Origin: Squalus acanthias
Taxonomy: Eukaryota
Assembly (NCBI GenBank): GCA_030390025.1
Contig: JASTWF010000037.1
Span: 434,001 to 498,000 of the forward strand
Reading direction: 5' to 3'
Length of the DNA stretch: 64,000 bases
The notes beneath the pieces are model-generated. The model saw nothing but the letters and a program-made list of their open reading frames with translations. It searched no databases and was not told the origin of the DNA. Position numbers and translations under genes: made by a program. The number at the start of each line of letters is the position of its first letter. Positions within the stretch are counted from its first letter, which is position 1. Shown here one piece after another: positions 12,349 through 22,600 of the stretch.

Positions 12349-13345
12349 ATCAATTCCAAACTAATCCCACTGCCCCGCTCTCCCCCCATAGCCCTGTATC
12401 AATTCCAAACTAATCCCACTGCCCCGCTCTCTCCCCATAGCCTTGTATCAATCCCAAACTAATCCCACTGCCCCACTCTCTCCCCATAGCCCTGTATCAA
12501 TCCCAAACTAATCCCACTGCCCCGCTCTCCCCCCATAGCCCTGTATCAATTCCAAACTAATCCCACTGCCCCGCTCTCTCCCCATAGCCCTGTATCAATC
12601 CCAAACTAATCCCACTGCCCCACTCTCTCCCCATAGCCCTGTATCAATCCTAAACTAATCCCACTGCCCCGCTCTCCCCATAGCACTGTATCAATCACAA
12701 ACTAATCCCACTGCCCCGCTCTCTCCCCATAGCCCTGTATCAATCCCCAAACTAATCCCACTGCCCCGCTCTCTCCCCATAGCCCTGTATCAATCCCAAA
12801 CATATCCCACTGCCCCGCTCTCTCCCCATAGCCCTGTATCAATCCCCAAACTAATCCCACTGCCCCGCTCTCTCCCCATAGCCCTGTATCAATCCCAAAC
12901 TAATCCCACTGCCCCGCTCTCTCCCCATAGCCCTGTATCAATCCCAAACTAATCCCACTGCCCCACTCTCTCCCCATAGCCCTGTATCAATCCTAAACTA
13001 ATCCCACTGCCCCGCTCTCCCCATAGCACTGTATCAATCACAAACTAATTCCACTGCCCCGCTCTCTCCCCATAGCCCTGTATCAATCCCCAAACTAATC
13101 CCACTGCCCCGCTCTCTCCCCATAGCCCTGTATCAATCCCAAACTAATCCCACTGCCCCGCTCTCTCCCCATAGCCCTGTATCAATCCCCAAACTAATCC
13201 CACTGCCCCGCTCTCTCCCCATAGCCCTGTATCAATCCCAAACTAATCCCACTGCCCCACTCTCTCCCCATAGCCCTGTATCAGTCCCCAAACTAATCCC
13301 ACTGCCCCACTCTCTCCCCATAGCCCTGTATCAATCCCCAAACTA
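12349..13345. repeat. About 49-bp minisatellite, about 20 copies
   Basis: Unit ATCAATCCCAAACTAATCCCACTGCCCCGCTCTCTCCCCATAGCCCTGT. Confidence 0.95.
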
Positions 13346-13983
13346 AATCTGTTACCATCCTCCTCAATGTTTATATTGCAGTGTGGCTGGAGTTGGCTCG
13401 AAGGGCCTTTACTCCAAGGGGTGGGGGGGTCATCCTTATGCAGTCCGCGGGCTTCCTTCAACATTGTAGGAGGCCGGGGTGAGGAGAGGGGTGGCGGGGG
13501 GTGGACGGGTGAAAGATCGGCCAAAGGCCAGGGCTGTCACAACCGTGCCGCCTACCCGCCGGCACCGCAGCGAGTCACCGCGACCACACCGGGGCCGCAA
13601 TGTAGAGGGGCTCACCGAGGGAGGGAACAGGGGACGTGGGGGACGGGGTGGGGGGTGGCGGGCGGGGGTGATGGGCCTGAAGTAACTCCCACCCCACCCT
13701 TCGTTGCCGTTAGCGACTCAAACCATGCAAAGAATCGCCAAGCAAATTTCAAGACTGAGATCGAGAGATTTTTGTTGGGTAAGGGTATTGAGGGATACGG
13801 AACCAAGGCGGGTAGATGGAGTTGAGATACAGATCAGCCATGATCTGATTGAATGGCGGAACAGGCTCGAGGGGCTGAATGGCCTCCTCCTGCTCCTGTG
13901 TTCTTCATTAACGCTTTCAATCGAAACATCAAGGCCACGTCGCCCCAGCATCCCCAATCCTCACTCTTGACTCTTGCCCTTAC

Positions 13984-14368
13984 CGTCAGGACTTGCGTGG
14001 TCCCGCCGCTGAAGACACAAGCTCTTCTTCAGGCTCTTCGCCCAGCTCCTGGCCCCTCGCTTGAGAGCCGCCGCCACGTTGGTCTTCACCTCCCCGTCCT
14101 CCTCCCGGGGCCCTTCCACCACCGCCCGCTCCCAGGCGCCGGGGTCCACGGGGAAAGGGGGCTCTTTCCCTTCCCGCCGGGCCTGGGCGGGCTGCCGGCA
14201 GAGGGGGCAGAGGAGCTGGCGGATGTCGGAGGCGTCGGGCTCGGCCAGGGCCAGGAGGGCCAGGAGGCACTCGCTGCAGAAGGTGTGCCGGCAGGGCAGG
14301 ACCCTGGGAGTCCGAGACCCCCTGGTGTAGGGACAGTAACAGACGCTGCACTCCCTTTCCGCGTGCAT
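13984..14368 (-). CDS. rnf227: RING finger protein (RNF227-like), coding exon 1
   Basis: C3HC4 RING ECSVCY..RTPRVLPCRHTFCSECL..LLCPLCR of the RNF152/182/183/224/227 group. ATG at 14368 lies downstream of a TATA box. The exon ends at GACG|gtaagg (phase 1). Confidence 0.85.
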
Positions 14369-14419
14369 CTCGACTTGACGTTCAGGAGGGTTGTGCAGGT
14401 TCCTGCAGAGGCCTCCTCC

Positions 14420-14426
14420 TTTTATA
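14420..14426 (-). promoter_or_regulatory. TATA box of the RNF227-like gene
   Basis: TATAAAA in context gcTATAAAAggagg on the minus strand, about 52 bp upstream of the ATG at 14368. Confidence 0.65.
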
Positions 14427-14749
14427 GCAATTCTGGAGGCTTCCCTCACAAGTGACCTCATTCATAGGAATGAGATCAGTCAAGGAGGGGATTTCCTTTT
14501 AAGGTATTGACCGCCCCACGATCAGGAAGCCTCTGGAGCCCAGCCAAGTTTCGCAACACACAGCCGTCTATTTAATCTCCTTCCTCCTCTCTCAGTCGCT
14601 TGCCAATGATTTACAGCACCAGGGGTTTTTGCACGCGAAGATCGCAGGTTTCGGCCTGAGGGAACGTCGATCTCAAGTGCGGGAGGGGAAAATCCCCCGA
14701 GCCCGATCAACAGGCACCGACTCCCAACCTCGACTGAAGGGGGTGAAGG

Positions 14750-15210
14750 AACTGGCATTTATGCAGCCCCCTTTCACCACCTCACCACGTTCCCAAAGCG
14801 CTTCACAGCCAATGGAGCGCACTTGTTGGCGTGTAGTCACCGTCGCAATGCAGGGTGACGCGGCAGCCGATCGGCGCACAGCAAGATCCCACAAACAGCA
14901 ACACGACAAATGAGCAAATAATCTGGGTTTTTTTTTGTTGTGATGTCGGTTGAGGGATAAATATTGGCCCCAGGACACCGGGGAGAACTCTCCCCCCCCC
15001 CCCCTGCTCTTCTTCCAATACTGGCCGTGGGATCGTTTTACGTCCACCTGAGAGGAGCAGACGGGGCCTCGGTTTAACGTCTCATCTGAAAGGCAGCGCT
15101 CCCTCAGCACTGGCACCGGGAGTGTCGGCCTGGATTATGTGCTCAAGTCTGGAGCGGGACTCGAACCCACGACCTTCTGGCTCAGAGGCGAGCGCGCGCT
15201 ACCCACCGAA
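14750..15210 (-). mobile_element. tRNA-derived SINE
   Basis: Reverse complement of the 5093-5540 family, including the B-box (ggactcgaaccc on plus). Confidence 0.8.
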
Positions 15211-15409
15211 ACCCCCCTCACCTTCAAACCTCCCCTCCACCACAACCCTCCTTCTGTGATTGATTGATACTCTACGACCGTTCCTCTCTCGATCCTCCTG
15301 TGCTCCCAATGGATTGAAACACAGCGAGCATCCAGGGAGAAGGAAGATTGCGTAGGAGGAACAAGAGAGGAGAGTTTGGAACAGCCTCAGCCAGAGAGGC
15401 AAGAAGGTT

Positions 15410-15890
15410 GCCCCGTGTCCTAACTCACACCGAGTCCCGTTCACCCATCACCCCCTGTGCTCGCTGACCTACACTGGCTCCCGGTTAAGCAACGCCTCGA
15501 TTTCAAAATTCTCATCCTTGTTTTCAAATCCCCCCACGGTCTCGCCCCTCCCTATCTCTGTAACCTCCTCCAGCCCCACAACACCCCCCCGAGATCTCTG
15601 CGCTCCTCTAATTCTGCCCTCTTGAGCATCCCTGATTATAATCGCTCAACCATTGGTGGCCGTGCCTTCTGTTGCCTGGGCCCCAAGCTCTGGAATTCCC
15701 TGCCTAAACCTCTCCGCCTCGCCACCTCTCTCTCCTCCTTTAAGACGCTCCTTAAAACCTGCCTCTTTGACCAAGCTTTTGGTCACCTGTCCCTAATATC
15801 TCCTTATGTGGCTGGGTGTCAAATGTTGCCTGATAATCGCCCCAGTGAAGCGCCTTGGGCACGATTAGCCACGTTAAAGGCGCAAGTTGC
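15410..15890 (+). mobile_element. L2 LINE 3' end
   Basis: LADLHWLPVKQRLDFK..GGRAFC..LWNSLP..FKTLLKT. Confidence 0.88.
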
Positions 15891-16179
15891 TATCCCGTCC
15901 GAGTTTCATTTAACGTGATGAAAATGACTTTGGGGAATGTCAGGCTGCAGGACTTTTCTCCACGCTGTCTGTGGGGTTCTCCGGCGCTCTGCAGTCCAAG
16001 CCCCCTTCTTCCCTCTCAGTCCCTGGCCGTAGGATGAGACCGAAGACCCATTCTGGCCGTCGGACTTTCGCTCACTGGTGCCATGGGCAAGCAGCGCCCC
16101 CTTGTGTACGGATACACTCGGCACTCAAGCTTTTTGCTTCCCCCCCGCCCACAGACGTTCAACTGCAGATAGATAGCAA

Positions 16180-16572
16180 GATCTGCATTTAATACAGCGC
16201 CTTTCACAACCACAGGATGTCTCAAAGCGCTTTACGGCCAATGAAGCACTTTTTTGAAGTGGAGTCACTGGTGTGATGCAGGAAAACGCGGCAGCCAATT
16301 TGCGCACAGCAAGCTCCCACAAACAGCAGTGTGATAATGGCCAGAATCATCTGTTTTTTTTGAGTGACGTTGATTGAGAGATAAACATCGGCCCCAGCAC
16401 ACCGGGGAGAACTCCCCCCCTGCTCTTCTTCGAAATAATGCCCGCAGGATCTTTTACTGAGAGAGCAGACGGGGCCTCAGTTTAACGTCTCATCCGAAAG
16501 ACAGCACCTCCGACAGTGCAGCACTCCCTCAGCACTGGCACCGGGAGTGTCGGCCTAGTTTTTTGTGCTCAC
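16180..16572 (-). mobile_element. SINE, same family
   Basis: Shared core and tail. Confidence 0.78.
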
Positions 16573-17115
16573 TCTTTTTTTTATCAGAGGCAAATGCCGA
16601 TTAAAAGTCAACCATGAGCCCCCTTTTTAAAGGGACACAACCAATAAGGACCGTAACTTAACCAAAAATTAAAAGGAAACTTAGCACATTCAATTAAAAT
16701 TTTGTTCCCGGGGGTGATGATGCACTCCAGTCCCCGCGGAGCCCACCGGTCGCGGAAGGCCTCAAGTGTGCCGGCGGACACCGCGTGCTCCATCTCCAGG
16801 GCCACCCGGGCGCAAACATAGCCGCGGAAGAGAGGCAGGCAATCGGGCCAGACGACCCCCTCGACCGCCCGCTGCCTGGACCTGTTTATGGCTATTTTCG
16901 CCAGGCCCAGGAGCAGTCCTACGAGGAGGTCCTCCGACCTGCCCGCTCCCCTCCGCACCGGGTGACCAAAGATTAGGAGTGTGGGACTGAAGTGCAGCCA
17001 AAAAATCGAGGAGCAGCCCCTTCAAATAGTGGAAGAGGGGCTGCAACCTCTCACATTCTATATATACATGAAAAACAGACTCCTCCGGGCCACAGAAAAG
17101 GCAGGTGGCCTGGGA
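16573..17115 (-). mobile_element. Tx1/L1-clade LINE 3' end
   Basis: CCHC knuckle CLFCGPEESVFHVYIEC, then LLLGLAKIAI..EAFRDRWAP, A-rich tail. Confidence 0.8.
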
Positions 17116-17121
17116 GTCATA

Positions 17122-18009
17122 GGGGGAAAAATTCAGTTGGATTGCGCCTCCCATTAGCGCCTTAAGAGGGCGCTAATGGGGCGCAAAGCAACTTGCGCCC
17201 GGGCGCGGCGATCTTTGCGCCGCTCACGAAATTAACTAGAGAATTTGCGGCGGCGCTAAACACTACCACCACGTTCTCCTGCGCCGGACGATCGTGACGT
17301 CAGTCGAGAGTGCAATGCCCCGGTAGTGCCCCGGACCGGATATTGAGTGGCGCCCCCTGTCTTACCGCCTGCCGCTAGCAACGACAGGTTGAGGGGAGCA
17401 TTTTGCAATCAGTGACTGGGGGAGCGCTATTTAAAGGCGACCGCTTCCTGCCTATTTTTGTCGGCGAAATTTTTGCACCACGCATTCTGAGTGAGAGAGA
17501 GAGACTGCAGGAGATATTCAAAGCTGTGTTGAGGAGTTTTGGGTACTGAGCAGCACTTTACAGGTTCTTTCTGGTTTGATCTTCCTTGCATCGATTTAGA
17601 AGAGAATATGGGGGCTGCACTCTGAGCTCTTTCCCTGGGCCTCTCCATTGTTCTTTCCAACAGATTTGATGTACAGGTCTCTCCAGGCCGAGATTCAAGG
17701 CTGCAATGAGCAGGATGTGGATGTAGAGCAAGATCAACCCTCCCCTTTAAGAACTGGCCGGGGCCAGTGTGTCTGTGTTCCATTGCTGACTGACATCACA
17801 TGAGCTTCGCCAGCGCTCTGAGGTAGCGCCTCGCTCCTCGGCCTTTGCGCCTTAAGACAGATGTGAAGAGCCTGATTTAGCGCTCCAATCACCTCCAGGG
17901 GCGATAAAAATCAATTTTGCAGTCGGAGGCGATAATTAGCGCCAGGCGCTAAACTTTGCGCGCAGCCGATAATGGCGCCCCAAACGGGGCGATACTGAAT
18001 TTTTTCCCC
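17122..18009. mobile_element. GC-rich MITE (non-autonomous DNA transposon, possibly Harbinger-like), CpG-intact copy
   Basis: TIRs GGGGAAAATTCAGT / ACTGAATTTTTTCCCC; short (2-4 bp) target duplication within catag; homologous copy at 26818-27641. Confidence 0.8.
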
Positions 18010-19085
18010 ATAGAGTTATAACGGCACAGAAGGAGGCCATTCCGCCCATCGAGTCCGTGCTGGCTCTCTGTAGAGCAATCCAGTCAGCCCCATTCCCCCG
18101 CTCTATCCCCGTAGCCCTGCAAGTTTATTTCCCTCAAGTGCCTATCCAGTCTCCCCTTGAAAACATTGAGGGGGCTAAATTCGGTTGATTTGCGCCTCCC
18201 GTTAGTGCCCTAAGCGGGCGCTAACAGTGGGCGCAAATTAACTAGCGCCTGGGTGCGGCGCCGCTAACGCCTCCCGTGAAATTCAGCGGGAGGTTAGCGA
18301 CGGTGCTAACCGTTAGTGCCACGTGGCGCTGCGCCGCCGGCAATGACGTCATCGCCGTGCGCAGCGCCCCGGCTGTAATATTGGGTGGCGCCCCCCGACT
18401 TACCGCCAGACGCTATGTCCAATGGGGTCAGGGGGGCCTACCTGCTGCCAGGGCGGCGCTAGTTAAAGGGGAGGTGGCAGGCGGCAGACGGCCATTTTTG
18501 TTGCTCGCCGCCTGCCAGCACCTGCCCCTGTTGCTGTCCCCGGGCACCGTGAAGCCCCTCCGCGGGGTGCCGGCTGCTCTTCGTGAGCCCAGCACTCCTC
18601 TTGAGTGCCGGGCTCATTTGCCGGCACTCCCGATCCCCGGTGGCCCAGCTGGGCCCTGGGTCGTGCTGTGCCAGGCCCCTCCCCTTTAATATTGGCTCGC
18701 AGCGCCCCAAGAGGGATGCGGGGCGCTTCCAGTAGTGCCCCTCCTCCCTCTTGGGGCGCTACCTGGGAAAATCGGCCGCGGGAGCGCGACCCTATTTTTA
18801 CCCCCGAGTGTCTCCGCTTCCACCACTTCCGTCGGCAGCGAATTCCAGGTCCTCCCCACTCGCTGTGTAAAAAAGTTTTTCCTCACATCCCCCCCTGTAT
18901 CTCTTGCCCAAAACTTTAAATCTGTGTCCCCTAGTCCTTGTACCGTCAACTAGTGGGAATAACCTTTCCCCGTCTAGCCTATCCAAACCCTTCATAATCT
19001 TTAGTAAACCTCTATCAAATCACCCCTCAACCTCCTTTGCTCTAATGAAAACAAATCCAGCTTCTCCAACCTGTCCTTGTACCGA
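18010..19085 (-). mobile_element. CR1 3' end interrupted by a MITE
   Basis: Collinear with the uninterrupted sibling at 59914-60360. Confidence 0.85.
18171..18805. mobile_element. GC-rich MITE, second subfamily
   Basis: GGGG...CCCCC termini; target cattgagtgt split with GA(G) duplicated; inverted homologue at 59295-59913. Confidence 0.8.
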
Positions 19086-19349
19086 CTTAAGTCCGTGAAC
19101 CGACTTAAAACCTCCAGGCCAAGTCCCCAATAGAACAAGGGAAGACTCCCGCGTAGAGAGCCCTCCATTGAGGACCCTCGCCTCCTCCAGAGTCCTTGTG
19201 CTCAAGTCTCTGGAGTGGGATTTGGACCCACAACCTTTCCACTACAGAGGCGAGGGTGCTACCCACTGAGCCACTGTTGTTGGTTATTGGCTGTGCCCCT
19301 TAGAAAAAAAGTGTTAATTGGGTTTCTGTTTGGTTGATACTTGCAGTTC

Positions 19350-19545
19350 CTGTGGACTGATTGGAAAAAGGCACGTTAGAGTGTTGCAGCAAGTGGGGTT
19401 GACTTCGATCAGGTGACACTGGGGGCTCAGAACCAATCCTAGTGATCCAATTGAAGTGGTTGCCTGCAAAGTGCCTGTTTCTCAACACCAAATAGGGAAA
19501 GCTCGTCACCAGTTAATTGGATGCAAATGGTTTAAATACCAGTGA
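19350..19545 (+). promoter_or_regulatory. Putative ZPAX proximal promoter
   Basis: TTTAAATA at 19531-19538, octamer ATGCAAAT at 19521-19528, E-box CAGGTG at 19410-19415, and several CCAAT/ATTGG boxes (about 19360, 19433, 19447, 19516), all about 100-280 bp upstream of the ATG. Confidence 0.55.
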
Positions 19546-19635
19546 GCTGGGGGGATTGGAATTGTGCCTTGGATGGCTGATGTCTTTTGGTTGAGCAGTG
19601 GCTTGTATTGTGTGTTGTTTTGATTTGGCAACACC

Positions 19636-19655
19636 ATGAATTCTCTTCTTTTTGG
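19636..19655 (+). CDS. zpax: ZPAX-like exon 1 (MNSLLFG, start of signal peptide)
   Basis: Kozak-like acaccATG and donor GG|gtgagt; phase 2 joins exon 2 into a signal peptide. Confidence 0.8.
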
Positions 19656-22600
19656 GTGAGTGACTTCTGGTGGGCCTCTGCTTGGCTTGTGTTACAAATG
19701 TGCTAATTTTCTTTTCTTCCCTAACTAGAGTCCCATTGCTCCTAGTAATTTTGGCCACAGAAGTGAAAACTGACCCTCCTCCTGGTAAGTGGTATTTTTT
19801 TTTCCTCTGTGGGGGGATTGACAGGGTAGATGCTGAGATTGTTTCTCCCTGGTTGGAGAGTCTAGAACTAGGGGGCATAGTCTCAAGATAAAGGGTCAGC
19901 TATTTTAAGACTGAGATGAGGAGGAATTTCTTCACTCAGAGGGTTGTGAATCTTTGGCATTCTCTACTCCCCAAAGGGCTGTGAATGCTAAATTGTTCTG
20001 TATATTCAAGACAGATTTTTGGACTCTAAAGGAATCAAGAGATATGGGGATTGGGTGGGAAGGTGGAGTTGAGGTTGAAGATCAGCTGTGATATTACATG
20101 GTGGGGCAGGCTTGAGGGATGTGTCCTGCTCCTAATTCTTTAAGTTCTTGTGTTTGTTATACACTGGCCTTGGCTTGTAATTTTGTCACCTCCTGTAATG
20201 AGGGATTTCAGCTTTAGGCTTTCTCTGATAATTACTGTTATTTTGGGATCCACTTGCCCTTCATTCAAGTATGCCTATAAATTCCCAATGTGTCTACCAC
20301 ATTACAAAATGAAATAGATTCTTGGTATCCTGTTTTATTGGATTGACTCTCAAAGACAGGAAGGGACAATGAGACTAGAGTCCCAATTTCTAGAGTTTGG
20401 CAAATTCTCAATGTTGTTCCTGACCCCCACCTACCTTTTTTTTTCTAATGGTTGTTTCCTCCTTTCTTTCTACCCCCCCCCCCCCCTGCCCTCTTTCTAG
20501 GGGGCACTATCTGAATCTAACTAGTTGGACTCTTCCTGCATGTAAAGTTCTGAAGGCCTTGGGCCTTTCATGTTCTTGACTGTCCTAAAGTGCCCCAGGG
20601 CTAATTCATTGTTTGTGATCCAGATTTGCCAGCAAACATTCTCTAGGCTTTCTAAGTGTTCTGAGATGCATATCCTTCTCCACTTGGAATCATAGAATAG
20701 TACAGCACAGAAGGAGGCCATTTGGCCCATTGAGTCTGCACCAGCTCTTTCTCAGCAATCCAGTTAGTCCCCTGTCCCTGCTCTTTCCCATATCCCTGCA
20801 ATTTATTTCTCTATGTCTTTATCCAATTGCCTTTTGAAGGCTACTATTGAATCTGCATCCACCATCTTATCAGGCAATGCTTTCCAAATCCTAACCACTT
20901 GTGTTCACAATGTTGCCTCTGTCAATCACCATTCAATCTGTGTTCTCATGATGTTGAGCCTTCTGCCATTGGAATTCTCTATTTACTCTTCTAAACCCTT
21001 CATGATTTTTAAATACTTATCAAATCTCTTAGCCTTCACTGCTCCCAAGGAGAACAACCCCCACTTCTCCATGTAACTATTTCCTCATCCCTGGAACCAT
21101 TCTGGTAAATCTCTTCTGTACCCTCGCCAAAGCCTTTAGAGCCTTCCTAAAGTGTGGTGCCCAGAATTGGACAATACTTCAGCTGGCAGCCATCACCAAC
21201 CTCCCTGGCCCCAGGTCTCTCTGTTCTTGCACTTCTATGTTCACACACTTGGATCTCATCAATAATGTCCCTCTAGGTTAGAGACTCTACTGTAGGTGGC
21301 ATCTGGCTTGACCATATACCAATAAAATGGTTTTTCCTCTTTAAAGGAGCTGTTCAGAGAGAATGCCGTGATCGCTATTTTTACATTTGGATAGACAGAA
21401 GTTTCCTCTCTGGGAGAAACTGGAGTATCGATGCAAGTGGTGAGCTTCTCTGGAAACCATCCTGGCTACTTGTGTGATTGCAATCCTGTCCAAATGATCA
21501 TATTGGGGTTAATTGCTCTCTAACTTGTATTCTAAATGGTGAGATGCTAGGGACGGTGGTGAAGCAGTGAGGTTTAGGAGCCAAAGTGCAGAGCTAATGG
21601 ACAGATACAAAAAATAAATTAAAAAGGCCATTGGAATATTGACCTTTACCTTGAGGGGGCTGGAATACAAGGGGTAGAAATTGTTGGTTGTCTAAAGCTC
21701 TAGTTAGACACCATTTGGAGCACTGTTCATTTCTGGGCACTGTGCCTTGCAGGATATATTGGCCTTGGAGGGGGTGCAGTGCAGATTCATCAGCTAGTGG
21801 GGCTTTAAGGGTTAAATTGACAGGTTGCATAAACTAGGCTTCTATTCCCTTATGTATTGAAGATTAAGGGGTGATCTAATCAAGGTATTTAACATAGGGT
21901 GGGTAGATAGAGGGCACTCTATTTCCTTTGGGGAGTCCCCAACCGGGGATATAACCTTACAATGAGCGCTAGGCTGTTCAGTGGTGATGTCCAGAAGCAA
22001 TTCTTCAAAGGGTAGTGGAACCTGAAACTAAGGCTGGGGTCAATTGAGAATTTCAAAACTGAGATGGATAGATTTTTGTTGGGGCACGGGATATGGAGCT
22101 AAGGTGGGTAATTGGGAGTTGAGTTACAGATCAGCCATGATCTAATTGAATGGCAGAACAGGCTGGAGGGGGCTGAATGGCTTCTTATTTTCCTCATCAC
22201 ACTAAGTGACTTGACCTACAAGATTGGATTATTGCTAGAATTTGGGACATTAGCAAGTTTCAATAGACTAAAGTATCATCAACCACCAACATGGTTGGTA
22301 TCTTCTGTGAAATGACTTGGTGTATATACAGTTCTAATAATCAGAATACCACTTTTTTTTCCCCCCTAGATGAATCCAGAAACAAGTTTCCACTGACTCC
22401 CCAGTTTGCAGCCATGTGTGGCTTCACTATCACCTCTGATAAATGGGGGAATCCAGAGATCAGAGCTTCATTCCTCTCCTGTTTGGTTCAGAATGACGTG
22501 AGTAGTCTCTCTGCTCGGGAGAAGGAAACACTCCCTCTGGCTTAATAGTGATTGGATGTGAGGTGTACACCAGACCAGGCTGTGAGGCCATTGCATTGTA

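Noticed and set aside
13961..14461. 166-aa single-exon RING ORF as listed in the ORF track
   Set aside because: The upstream start lies 5' of the TATA box and the last codons run through a GTAAGG donor; the two-exon model fits better.
18276..18919. Long GC-rich ORFs in MITEs (also 55206-55668 and 59102-59671)
   Set aside because: Stop-poor because of high GC; no transposase motifs seen.
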